From Octopus sinensis (Eukaryota): a DNA stretch of 64,000 nucleotides. This document shows positions 50,727-64,000 of the stretch, in pieces. Both the position numbers and the translations under genes were made by a program. The notes below the pieces were generated by a model. The model was not told where the DNA came from and did no database searches. It saw only the letters and a program-made list of their open reading frames with translations. Numbering within the stretch: the stretch's first letter is position 1; each line of letters starts with the position of its first letter. Location: the NCBI RefSeq assembly GCF_006345805.1, contig NC_042997.1, positions 85,188,001 to 85,252,000 of the forward strand, in the 5' to 3' direction.

Positions 50727-52339
50727 CGTTGTCGTCATCATCATCATCAATCAAAGAATAACTATTGTGTTTTTAAACTGACATGGATGCATATTGGTAG
50801 AGCGCTGGAAAAATGTGTATGGTTTTAATGACTTAGTTAGAATAGGAAGTATAACGCCCAAGGGATGTTTTTCATTGAATTCGATGCAGACCGGACATCT
50901 TGACTGAATACTGGCAACTGGGTGTACTTTGTTAAATATATTCAACTGTACCGGGAGAGAAATTAGAGTAGGGATTTCCGTCAACCAAAGTTGTAACACG
51001 GTTTCCCTTGATCCGAGTCAATGGTGGAAAGTCGAAGGTAGTGCGTAGTGATGTTGACCTCGAAACTAACAAAATTGTGAAGTTAACTAGCAACGTTGCT
51101 GCTGGAAGTGTTACTGCATGATCAAAGGCTTTCGATCTGTTTTGTCCGTTTCTTTTAAAATAGCTTGCATCTAAGCTCTGGCATAGGCTGGCATGTCAAC
51201 CACTTGTGATACAAGGCCTGCAAACGGTATTAAACTGATCTCAGATTAACTAAATCACCACAAAACACGAACGGCCCCTTCAACAGTTTTCCGTCGACCA
51301 AATTTCACAAACATGGTTGACCCTAGCATAAGATATAAAATACATGCCCAAAGCACCGCGCACTAGGACTGATCCTAAAACTAAAATAGCTGTGAAGCGA
51401 ATATTTAAACTATACAGTTATATATGCACCCTTATATTCAATAATTTTTAGGCGTTAGCAAATGCGGAAAAGTAGCAAAAAAGGGGAACAAATCCAGTTG
51501 AGTGCTGAATCCACCAGTGGCTAACGATTCCGTGTTGAAGCTAGTTCATTTGACGTATACAAACATTAGCCTTGAGAATGTCGCATACGTCACCTCATAA
51601 GCCTCAATTTCCCTGTTGTGAAATGCTTTTACTAATTGTGAAAATCTTGAAATTTTCTAACATTAAATTGCAAAGTATTTTATGCAGCCTACTTGTAAAT
51701 TGTAAGTCTTACTGCAAGTTTGCAGCATCATCGGGGGTTTTGTGTTGCCGGAGATACTTTTCTGTCATCAGCATAGCGAGTCTCTCTCTCACACACATAT
51801 ATTCTTCGAAAATAAAATGATGTTGCGGCTTCAAAATTATGTGTTGGGTAAAAAAAATTTATAAGACTGCATTGCTCTTCCCACATTATAAACAATCCGG
51901 TAAAATAACATCATCTTCATCATATGCTTAATCCTTGACAGATTTCTCACCACTAACCGATAAACTCAACACTCTTAGAAGAGGCTATCTGTTTTATGCC
52001 GCTATTAGTAAAGCTTTTCTTCCGTTTTTATTTAAACCAATTTGCCACACTATTACATCAGAAGGTAAAAACTACCCATGGTAATGTAACAGTATGCTAG
52101 AAATTATATAACAGGACAATCATTTTTATATTGATCTGTTTAATTTAGAGAACAATATAATCTTTTTTAATGTGCGATGGAATTGTAGAAATAGTGTTTA
52201 TTTCGGACAAAAATGTTGTCTTTCCTCCAGTGCTCAAATTCTAGTGGTGTCGTAATTGCGCCGACGTGATATGCGCCGTGTTTAACCTGGCACAGTAATC
52301 GCTGTCCAAGACTTAACGCGGCCAAGTTCTTTAGGAAAG

Positions 52340-55240
52340 TAAAGAGAAAGAAGTGATGATTTTATTACATACGCAGAAACACTCAACAGGATGTGTGAAA
52401 GTTTTAAACTCAAAGAACCTGAGATGTTCAAGCGTCTTATTTTCGTACATCTAACCTTACAGTCCGTAACAGAAGAATGCCAAAGAATATAGACACATGG
52501 AAGAAAATAGGAAAGTCTATGTTGAGACAAACAGTGAAATTTGCTCGTAGCGTGACGGACGACAAATTACATTTCATAGGCGAAATGTGGACTTATGTCA
52601 CATTTCGAGGGAAAATAAGCAAGGTGAAAGTCTTCGTCGTTAAAAATGCAGCCGATCTGTTTGGTATCGATTGGTTAGAATTATTTGAACTATGGTACTT
52701 CCCCATAAACCTCTATTGTAAAAACGTAAATGATTGTCCCACTAAAAATAATTCATCTGAAGAATTGAAGAGAAAATTTTTTAAATGTTTCCGCAAGTAC
52801 TCTCGGACAAACAAGGTCTGTGAATAAAGACTGAAGCGTGTTTTCAATTAGATGATGACGTTACACCTGTTTTCAAGCCTAATAGGCAAGTACTTTTTGT
52901 GGCAATAAAGCAAGTGGACGATGAGTTGGACAAATTGGTAAAAAACGGAATCATTGCAAAAGTGGATTACGCGAAATGAGCCACCGACTGTATGTATAAA
53001 AAAGAAAAAATAACAAAATCAGGTTTTATGACGATTTTTCGATCGGTTTAAATGATTGTTTAAAAATGAACCATTATTCACTACCGACCCCAAAAGATAG
53101 TTTTCAAAACTAAACGAAGAAAAGAAATGTTCAAAACTCGATCTGCCTGACAAATCAAAGTATATAAAAATTACTCAAAGCTGTTAACGGTCCACACGCA
53201 CAGAGGTCTATACAAATACAATAGACTACCTTTCAGACTGGGGGTAGCACCAGCAATATTTCAACAGGTGATGGACGCGATGTTGGCAGACTGTCAATTT
53301 ACTATTCCTTACCTTAATGCCATGTTAATCAAAAGCGAATCGCGGAATGAGCATATCGAACAAGTGAAGTGTATCTTTACAAAATATATGAATTATGGTT
53401 TCACACTCGAAGAGGTGTGAATTTGTTTGCCTAAAATCAAATATCTAGGTAAAATTATAGATAAGAATGGAAGACGTCCTGACCCGTCGAGGGCAGACGC
53501 AATCAAGAATATGCCTCCTCCAACGAATATACCAACAGTACAAGCTTTCCTTAGCCTAGCAAGTTACTATCAGCAGTACATTTCAATTTACTAAAAAAGA
53601 AGTAAAATGGAATTGGTCAGTAAAGTGCCAAAATTAATTTGAAGACATAAAGGAAATACTAATTTCTGACTTGTCACCAGCACATTTCGATCCTAGAATG
53701 GACATTGTTGTAGTGTCTGATGCTTTGAAGTATGGAACAGGAGCAGTCTTGCTATACAAGTATAAAGATGGGAATATGAAACCAGTAGCTCATGCTTCAC
53801 ATTCACTGAAGGCAGCAGAAAAAAGGAATAGTCAGATAGAGAAGGAGGCTCTATCGATTATTTTTGTGGTAAAAATATTTCTCAGATTTCTACATGGTAA
53901 AGTTTTTTTTTATTTCAAATCGATCATTATTATCAATTTTTGAATCAAAAAGGGATTGCCTACTCATAAAGCGAACCTACAACGGCGCTGGAGTACAATA
54001 TTGCTGAACTACAATTTTAAGATGCAATATATTACGTCGAAGAAAATTGATCATGCAGACTGCTAATCGAGGTTAATTCCCAAGAGCGTGGAACCGCCAG
54101 AAGAGACCGTGATAGTGTCATTGCTGTCAGAAAATGAAGTAAGAAGTTTTGTGTGTGATATAATCCAGGAATTACCGGTGACAGCGCATAATATAAAAAT
54201 GAAATCCGTAGAGGATAGTTACATTACACGAATGAAAGAAACATTGAAAAATAAGCATAATAAAAATACAAATTCAAATAATTTCTCACTATGCGGCAAT
54301 GTCTTAATGTACGCGCAGAGAGTAGTAGTACCAAGTGCACTACAGAAACGTGTGTTGCAACAATTTCACTGTGGACACCCAGGAATGTCCAGAATGAAAG
54401 CTGTAATGAGGAGTTTTGTATATTGGCCGACTATGGACAGGGACATCGAGAAATTGGTGAAAGCATGTAGAGGTTGCGTGTTGGTAACCAAAGCACCACC
54501 AGTAAAATGCCAATCGTGGCTGGAGACTGAGAGCTCATGGTCCAGGATACATATCGACTATGACTGACTAGTGAACGGTGCATACTAACTGATCGTTGGG
54601 GATAGCAATACAAAGTGGCCAGAGGTATGCAAATCTAATAAGCCCACAGCAAAGACAACAATAAAGTTTCTACTCGAGTTATTTGCTCGATACGGTGTTC
54701 CAGATACGTTGGTTTCAGATAATGGAACACAATTCACGGGATATGAATTCAGAAATTACTGCAATATAAATGCTATAAAGAACATATTTACCCCGTCCTA
54801 CCACTCGAGGTCAAATGGGCAGGCGGAAAGACTTGTCGATACGTTCAAAAGAACTCTAAGAAAGGCTAGGAACGAGCTAGATAATGACAAGGCACTAACG
54901 AAATTTTTGAGAGTATATAGAATAACACCAAATCCAAATATTAATTCAGGAAAGTCACCAGCAGAGTTACTATTCGCGCGTAAAATAGAATCAATCTTCG
55001 ATAAATTATTGCCAGGAAAAAATAAATATATAAAGGAAAGATAAAAAATACATTTGAAGGAAATACAAGAAATACTACAAAACATTTCGAAGTAGATCAA
55101 GTTCATTTTAAAAACTACAAAAATGGTAACGGTTGGGAGGATAGCTGTGTAATCAAAAGATTAGGTAACATGATGTATTTAATTAAAGAGCAACATTCGG
55201 AACATAAGAGGCACCTTAACCAGTTAAAGATGAGACATAC
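52340..55240 (+). mobile_element. Ty3/gypsy (Mag/K02A2.6-like) gag-pol remnant, multiply frameshifted, no LTRs seen
   Basis: Gag-like DDFITYAETLNRMCESFKL; protease-region LFGIDWLELF; RT YKYNRLPF..GVAPAIFQQVMD. RNase H VVSDA.KYGTGAVL...PVAHASHSL..AEKRNSQIEKEAL. Integrase HCGHPGMSRMK..MRSFVYWPTMDRDIE..VKAC..C, VSDNGTQFT and SNGQAERLVDTFK. Confidence 0.9.
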
Positions 55241-55788
55241 ATTCATATATATACAGAAAAACAAGACTTCACTAGTACTTTAACGAATCAAAACTCAGAT
55301 CCATCCACGGATAAAATTATAAATACACCGGATTCCAAAAAAACGCCGTTATAAGCGAAAGTCCCAGCATACGGAGGAAAAAGAATCACAGAAACTGTAA
55401 ACCAAACCCCTTTTTTTATTATCTTCATTTCTCCCTTGTTTCTCTCCCTCTTAACTCAGTATAACTGAAACTTTGATGATCTGCGTGTCTTATCGATCAC
55501 TACTAACAATATTGAATTTGTGCATTTAAACAAGATGATCCACATCTTTTATATTATTGAGTGTTATGAACATTTAAACTTGTAAACATTGAAACTTTTA
55601 AACATGTTTTTCTAATTCATAGTTTCAAATTTTTACTATTGACAAACAAAAAGTATTATTGAAACTAGTTTGATATATATGTAAATTAGTTTATTTAAAA
55701 ACAATTGCAAGATTTTCGAATTTTGGTACATTTTCAACAGCAAATTTGCCTATATTTTTCCATGCGTCGAAATACATCACCTCATTTG

Positions 55789-55845
<57 letters not shown>

Positions 55846-55878
55846 TTCACACAACACATAAAGACAGTAGTTTATGTT

Positions 55879-55909
<31 letters not shown>

Positions 55910-56707
55910 ATATATATATGTATGTATGTATTATGTATATATGTGTGTATATATATATTATATATATATATATATATAATATATATATATATATATAATA
56001 TATATATATATATATGTTCATCATGCGATAATATAAGCTCAAAAGGAAGTAGATAAAATGCCGTTCGAATACACTGCGCTGTTACTCCGAGTTCCTATTA
56101 ACGGTCTTCAGTTAAAAGAGCCAATGCAATGGTTTTAAATACTACATACGCCTTGACATTGGTGGATCTTTGACTAATACATTTGTGATGGAGATTACGA
56201 GATCACTTTTTCGAATCCAACTGACAAACTAAATTTCTTTATTCCGATCCATCTTATTTTCACAAGCGATAATACACCTTCACACAGCTAGTAATTATCT
56301 TCAGATTCTTTCAACACGACGCCTGTCACGGAAGATGCACAAAACACACACAGCCGCGCGCATATATATATATATGATTACAGGCCTGTAAATCAACACG
56401 TGTGCATGTGTGCGTGTCCGTGTGTGAGAGCGTGTTTGTGGGTGTTTGCGATTGTGTGCGTGTGTGTGTGCGCGCGTGGTTATGTAGACATGCGCGCGTG
56501 AAAGCGTATAAACAAGGTTGACAGAAGACATAATTCATGTTGTCAGTAGCAAAATGGGAAAAGGAATTGTTTAAAAAATGATCATCTCCAGGTTAGAGTG
56601 TCAACCCTAGAGGCCTTAATCTATGAGATTTGTCACCGATAGTAAACTGCACATGCGTATACACATAAACACGCACACATATACAGACACACGCACACAG
56701 ACTCACA

Positions 56708-56743
<36 letters not shown>

Positions 56744-56757
56744 ACATACTTATATAT

Positions 56758-56819
<62 letters not shown>

Positions 56820-57943
56820 AGTATGTATATGTATGTGTGTGTGTATTTGTGTGTGTTCATACAAAGAGGATTTGGAGGAGAGAGATATACTGTGAGAGGC
56901 ATAAATAAATATATACATATAGACACATGTTTGTGTATGCAATTTATCAATTTCTCTTGTTTTGACACGCACACACGCAAATACCCATCCTCGCCCACTT
57001 CTCTCTCTCTATACATATATGTACATCCATCCATCCATCAATACATATATACATACAGATATACATAGGTACATAATACATATATGTATGAATACATACA
57101 CACATTCATGCATGCATACATAGATTCATGCATACATACATATATACATATATACATTCATGTATACATATAGACATTCCTGCATACTTACATGCATGCA
57201 AACATACATACACACATGTATGAATACTTACACACATACATACATACATACATACATATATGCATATATACATACATTCATACATGCATGCATGCATACA
57301 TACATACATGCATACATAATACATACATGCACATATTTCCTATACATACATTCTCGGAAATTTTCGGTAAAAATCATGAACTACGAAAAGTGCTTATCTT
57401 TGTCTGTATGTGTGCCTGTATATGTGTGCGTCTTTGTGTGTGTGTGTTTGTATATGTGTGTGTGTTCACGCGCATGTGTATCTGAGTGTGTGTATCCGCG
57501 TGTGTGTGTGCATGTGTGTTTGTGTGTGGAGGTAAGTGTGTTCATATGGGTGTATACCGCTTTATATCAATATACATAAATATATCTCTGTGACTCAAAA
57601 TCAAATTAATGTTGAGTTTGTGTGCTTTGAGTAATTTTGCAAATGCATATATCTCCATATCTTAATGCAGTTATTTGTAGCGTGTGCGATGTGTGTGTGT
57701 ATGTGTGTGTGTGCGTGTATACCACTGTCATTGTACAAGCCTATGTATCCGCGTTCATGAGAACTTACTACTGTATAGGTATATGGCTTTATAACAAATC
57801 AGTGTAAAAATGCATGCGTATATGTCCTTGAAGAACATATACATACATACATACACACATACACGCATATATAATATATATTCAACCATATGCATGTATG
57901 TATGTATGTTTGTATATATGTATGTATGTATGTATGTATGTAC

Positions 57944-57975
<32 letters not shown>

Positions 57976-58021
57976 TATACATATATACATATATATAACA
58001 TATATATACATATATAAACCC

Positions 58022-58066
<45 letters not shown>

Positions 58067-58133
58067 ACATACAAACAAACATACATAGTTACATATAACC
58101 CTAGATATAGAAATTGTTATATATATATATATA

Positions 58134-59408
58134 TTAGGTTGTCAAGAAAGTTCTTGCGGAATTTTTTATTTTGGTTTTAAATGATCTATTTTCAAATTAA
58201 TTTTCGTTAAATTACTTTGACTTTATATATAATTTTGAAGCCCTTTTTTCGCTCTATCTTATCGTGTTACTCTTTACTTTTTTGAATAATTAGGCCATTT
58301 TTTCCGAAACGTTGAATACAACATGGACAAAAACAAATTCGCTCAATTTTCTTATTTCAGTTCAAGCTAGGCCGAAAAGCTGCTGAAACAGCTCGCGATA
58401 TCAACGATGCATCTGACCCAAGAACCACTAATGAACGTACAGCACAATGGTGGTTCAAGAAATTTCGTAGTGGTGACGAGAGTCTTGAAGATGATAAGCG
58501 TAGTGGTCGGCCATCGGATGTTAACAACAATCAACTAAGAGCCTTAGTCAAAGCCAATATACGCATAGATGTTCGAGAGCTTGCTTCTGAATTAGACGTA
58601 ATGTACACGACAATTTCCAACCACTTGAAAGGGATTGTAAAAATAAAAATACTTGAGAAATAGGTGCCGCATGAACTGAACGCCAACAACAAAAAAACAC
58701 CGTTTTGAAGTGTCGTCTTTCCTTCTTTTACGCAATAAGGATAACCTGTTTCTCGACCGGATTGTGACTTGCGATGAAAAGTGGATTCTTTACGACAACC
58801 GGCGACGCTCAGCTCAGTGGTTGGACGCCAACGAAGCTCCTCGACACTTCCCGAAGCCAAAGTTGCGCTAAAAGAAGGTCATGGTGACTGTTTGGTGGTC
58901 TGCGGCTGGTCTCATCCATCACAGCTTTTTGGATCCAAGCGTAACCATTACGGCGGGGAAGTACTGTCAGCAAATGGATGAAAGGCATAAGAAACATCGG
59001 CAACAACAGTCAATAGAAAAGGACCAATTCTTCTCTACGACAACGCTCGGCTGCACGTCGCACAACTGACCCTGCAGAAGTTGAATGAATTGGGCTACGA
59101 AACTCTGCCTCAATCGCCATACTCACCAGACCTCCCGCCTACCGACTACCACTTTTCAAGCATCTCGACAACTTCTTGCGTGGGAAATGTTTCAAAAACC
59201 AAGACGATGTCAAACACGCCTTCAACGACTTCATTGACACCAAAACGCAGGATTTTTACGCTACTGGCATAAATAAACTTGTTTCGCGTTGGCAAAAGTG
59301 AGTTAATTCTGATAGTGTTTATTTCGATTAATAAAGTTTTGTTTGAGCCGAGATATGTGCATCTGAATTTAAAGGTTAATAATCGCAAGAACTTTCTTGA
59401 CAACCTAA
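58134..59408 (+). mobile_element. Full-length mariner transposon (Hsmar1/cecropia-like), transposase pseudogene 58323-59331
   Basis: Perfect 25-bp TIRs ttaggttgtcaagaaagttcttgcg (58134-58158 / 59384-59408), TA on both sides, 1275 bp. Motifs GRKAAETAR, WWFKKFRSGDESLEDD.RSGRPS, VPHEL, IVTCDEKW, DNAR and YSPDLPPTDY (D,D34D type). Confidence 0.95.
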
Positions 59409-59436
59409 TATGTGTGTGTGTGTGTATGTGTAGATG

Positions 59437-59494
<58 letters not shown>

Positions 59495-59556
59495 TAGCTA
59501 GATACCGCTACAATGATAGATAGCTAGATACCGCTACAATGATAGATAGATAGATC

Positions 59557-59639
<83 letters not shown>

Positions 59640-59835
59640 GAGATGAGATAAGATAAGATAAGATTTGCATGTGTGTAACAAATATATATTTCATAATAAA
59701 CTAGGCAGTTGTCTGTAGAACTGGACGGCCGGAGTCATCGAAATATAGTGCAAGCAGGCAAATGTTCCACAGCCATTTATCAACTTCGCATAGTGTATGA
59801 CATCGGGTCACTATTTGAGTTAAAGACTCTGTGTG

Positions 59836-59871
<36 letters not shown>

Positions 59872-60048
59872 GCAAATGTCTTCCCAAAGAGATTTACATT
59901 TCTTGTTTGAAGCCCCGATGATGCCATAGGGTGATGTACAAAAATTCAACAATGAGTGTCTTGCATTTTAATGCAGAAACTGCTATAATCTAATAAAGTT
60001 CATTACATAATTCCTTATTCCTTCGTAATTTTATTTCTTAGGTATGTG

Positions 60049-60080
<32 letters not shown>

Positions 60081-60272
60081 TGTATGTATGTATGTATGTG
60101 TGTATACAAGTTTTGTGTACTGTTGAATAATCAAATGAATAACAATAAGAAGGCCAAAACAATATATTTCTCAATATATATATAACCTTTTAGAGCAACA
60201 TAAAGGAAAGAGCCCACGCATGTGTATGCGTTCGGGGGTGTGTAGAATAAATATACATATATTTGTATGTGC

Positions 60273-60309
<37 letters not shown>

Positions 60310-60311
60310 TA

Positions 60312-60385
<74 letters not shown>

Positions 60386-61163
60386 TAGATAGCAGATACA
60401 CATTTCTTGCATCTCAACTCATCTATACATGGGATAGTTTTCATTGAAAGCGCTCGATTGGAAATCAATATTAAGTTACTTAGAACCATGACAACAATGT
60501 CTACGTACATAAAATAGAATGGAGAAATCTCAGATGTATCATACGAAATAAATATGGACATATAACCTTAAATGTGGGACATAAATTTGTTTCAAAATGT
60601 GTCTCTTCAACCGAGACACACAGTTTTCTCTATACATACACAAGGTTCCCATGAGTCGACTCAAAACGAACGGAACAAGAAAAGAAAATGGAACGAGCGT
60701 TGTATATGATTAAACAAAAAAATCTATTTCTATGAGGCTTTTTTAAACCTCTAAAGTTCGCAACTATGCTGTACATTTTATATAACTTATGCAATTTGAA
60801 GAGTAGGATATCTGTGAGAAATTTAGAATGGCAGAACAAAGCTACTTTCGGGCGCCAGGATAGTTGAGTCTTCGCGAAATTTAAGTGTGCTGAGCTTCTT
60901 CTTTTATTTTTGGGAATGGCCCGAGCAAATAGTCAAGAGACCTTCCTAGCGGTCCGGGCCTTAGACCAAAGCACTGGTTATACAAGAGCAATACATGTCG
61001 ATAATAAACACAGATGTTCCTTCGAAACACATCAGAATTCATTGAACTAGAGGTATTTTTTGACTGAAAGTACCGAAAAAGAAATTCAATTAAATAAATT
61101 AGCGCCATAATCATATCTATGAGAAAAAGAAAAAAGTGGGTGAATTAAATTCAAAAATTTTGA

Positions 61164-61602
61164 CAAAGATTGACCTTGAACTCTGCTGTGCATGTGCACT
61201 CGGTTTCAACGTCTTGGCTCATTTCCACTGTTTACAGTAGTGCCCGGAAGGAATGTGTGTAGCGTGTGATCGTCGCATTGAACATGACAGAGAAAGTTGA
61301 GCAGACAATCTGCATCAAATTTTGCCAACAGTTTGGCGATACCGGCTCAGAGACCTACGCAAAGTTTTCAAATGTTTTCATCGTTCTCGACACAATCAAG
61401 ATCTTATGCAACTGAAACGTGAATGTCTTTTTGGTCAGCTGAAAGCCGTTTTGCCACAAACTTGACAGACACACGTCTCATACCCAAATCTTCAGTGATA
61501 ATGGACTGAACCATAACTAATCTGTACATCCGCTGATAACTCGCAGATGGTGAATGTTAAAACTTAGTGCACATATACAGCAGAGTTTAAGGTTAATCTG
61601 TG
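61164..61602. mobile_element. Rearranged mariner remnant with inverted halves
   Basis: 37-bp inverted repeats at 61164-61200 and 61566-61602 (32/37). Plus strand gives MTEKVEQTICIKFCQQFGDTGSETYAK; the minus strand of 61372-61560 gives ELSADVQISYGSV...EDLGMRRVSVKFVAKRLSADQK...ENDEN. Confidence 0.7.
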
Positions 61603-61967
61603 CCAAGCGGCTTCACTCTGCGTTCTTTAGATTCGTTACTATGACAACAGTTGAAATACTTATTGATTAGATCTCGTTTGTATGTATGTGTGTGTGTATG
61701 CAGCTATGTATCCATATATGTATATATGTAGATATGAATGTATTTCTAGATTTCTATGCAAATGAGTGTATATAGAATTCATATATCTGAGCGTGATCAT
61801 AACTGTACGTGTCGACATGCTATTGAATGTAAAAAGTGGGTGTATATATGCATATGACACTGTATGCGCATATTACACCAATGTGTACGTAGTATGTATA
61901 TATATCATATGATATATTACATTATACTGTATTATATTATTAATATATATATGTATGTATATATGTG

Positions 61968-62019
<52 letters not shown>

Positions 62020-62243
62020 TATATATGTATATATAATGTGTGCGTATGTATATATATATATATACATATATGTATATGTGTATATGTATATATATGTATA
62101 TACGTACGTACATACATACATACACACTCATACAGAAACGCACGCACACAAAGAGCCTCATGCAAGTGAGCGTGAAACTATGCAAGATTGCGTGTGTGCG
62201 AGTGTGTCTGCGCGTCTGTGTGGGTCTGTGTGTCTCTGCGTTT

Positions 62244-62281
<38 letters not shown>

Positions 62282-64000
62282 ATAATAAAGGAAAAGAAAA
62301 AAGGTGTGAATCCCTTGCCACTACTCTCTTCTTTCATTTTTTTCTTTTTCTTTTTCTTTTTCTTTTTCTTTATATTCCCCGTTGACAAGACTTGTCGTCG
62401 TGTATTGCGAACATAAAAATGTCAACGAGATTCAAATCAACGAAAATTAAATAAACTGTCAAGCGTGTTTACGATGGCAGTTGACAATAACAACAAAATA
62501 TAGTAACTCAAACTCAAAAAAACACCAAGAAAACAAATAACAATGACAACAACAACAGTAATAATAATACAAATAACTGAAATATCAAGAAACTAAATTA
62601 TTAAAGTGTCCTCCCCGCGTAAACAATAGAAAAGTGAAATGCGCGCACAAGTGTGTATTTGTATGTATATGTATGTGCATGTACATGTATGTGAGGAGCG
62701 TAAAATAAAATGTAGACACAAGTTACTTTACTTATATAATAAGTTTCATGATAAATAGCAATAATAGTTCCCTTTAGGTTATTTTAGTTTAGTTTAAATT
62801 AGTTTAGATGATATATTTTTGGTTATGTTGTCTAGGATTTAATTATAGTTAGTCTTTATTGATATTTCTTGTTTTAATTAGTTCATTTTTATGTATATTA
62901 ATTTAGCAGTTTATGGTACGTTAAAACTTTAATATTTATATTAGATTTTTTTTATTTTTTTATTTTTATTTTTATTTATTTTATTTTATTATATTTTTTA
63001 TTTTGCATTTGTTATATGTATTTTGAGGATATATTTATATGTTTTTGGGTGTTATTTAGTGGTGTTCTTATTGAGTTTTGTATGTATGTGTGAATGTTTA
63101 AGATCCCTTTGTTTTTTGTTTTTTATTTGTATGTTGAATTGACAGATTTTATTTGGGTATTGTCTTTTATAATAAAGTACACACCCATAACAATTATAAG
63201 TGCCCACTTCATTCGTTGTACTTGGGTTTGCATGTGAGCCTCAGCATATGCACCTAACGGCCACTCCAGCCCCACATGGATAAATAAACACATACATCCC
63301 CTAAAAATAATAAAAAATAAAAAAAAAATAAAAAAAAAATGGGAGTAATCCCATTCACACCAATTATATGTATACAATTATACACACTTGAATAATACAT
63401 ACTAGCCCTAATATACAGAACATACTAATAATCACCAACTAACCACCATCACAAATGAAACCCCAACCATACAATGACAAAACTCCCCCATACCCTATTT
63501 ACACCTACATAGTAATCCAATATATTCTTCCATACATGGACGCAAGTGCGTGAAGCACATGAACATAATTAGTACGTACAACCCCTAATACACACTAATA
63601 TATACGTATCAAGTTCGACCTCCACAGTGATAAGTTTACACACAATCACACCCAGATGGGTGAATTGCACAACCAGTGAATGCTCACACATACGGGCGCG
63701 ATTACATTGTTGCATATATCGAGCCAAAATAGTATGCATATGTACATGTGAGGGGTACACGTAAATGAAGTGAGCGTGTACCCCCTGTATTTATACCCGT
63801 GCGTGAATATACACATGGAGACTACCACACAGTACAATGTGTTTAGAAATGGGAGCCCCATCACTACACTTTATGTATACTCTCACCCATCCGCACGGAT
63901 GTGTAAGTGTATCTCCGGTGTATATGTTGAGGCTTATATGTAGAGTTGTTGAAGGGAACGTCGTTGAAATTGTGAATGAATGGGTAGAGTTGGGAATTGT

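Noticed and set aside
56130-56230. Minus-strand peptide FVSWIRKSDLVISITNVLVKDP resembling dpr/Ig-domain VSWIR
   Set aside because: Short match bounded by stops, with no good splice donor and no companion Ig exons; probably chance.
62740-63540. Possible mitochondrial insertion (numt)
   Set aside because: Strand skew is mtDNA-like, but I recognised no rRNA, tRNA or protein motifs.

Overview
This is eukaryotic, extremely microsatellite- and repeat-rich DNA with no recognisable host gene, rRNA, true tRNA or CRISPR array. The SINE families and the dense (AT)n/(ATAC)n/(GATA)n/(AAT)n tracts look like an Octopus-type cephalopod genome; that is inferred from memory of the repeat families, not from a search. 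Most ORFs in the track are microsatellite translations. The window holds a near full-length R4/Dong-clade RLE non-LTR retrotransposon (3825-7427, minus strand) sitting exactly inside an (AAT)n tract. It also holds a maT/Tc1-like transposon (7804-9058), a full-length Hsmar1-like mariner with perfect 25-bp TIRs (58134-59408), a decayed Ty3/gypsy gag-pol (~52340-55240) and Penelope-like RT/GIY-YIG remnants (~29455-31770). There are fragments of L1/Tx1, CR1-like, RTE and CRE-like LINEs, many tRNA-derived SINEs, and several MITE/foldback structures. The most interesting signal is a set of minimal Penelope-type type I hammerhead ribozyme motifs at 3491-3536, 46550-46591 and 50122-50160. One of them lies in what appears to be the 3' half of a tRNA-headed SINE that the Dong element split by inserting into the SINE's internal (AAT)n linker. 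Together these suggest microsatellite-targeting and ribozyme-bearing non-autonomous retroelements. All calls are by eye; no database search or folding was run.
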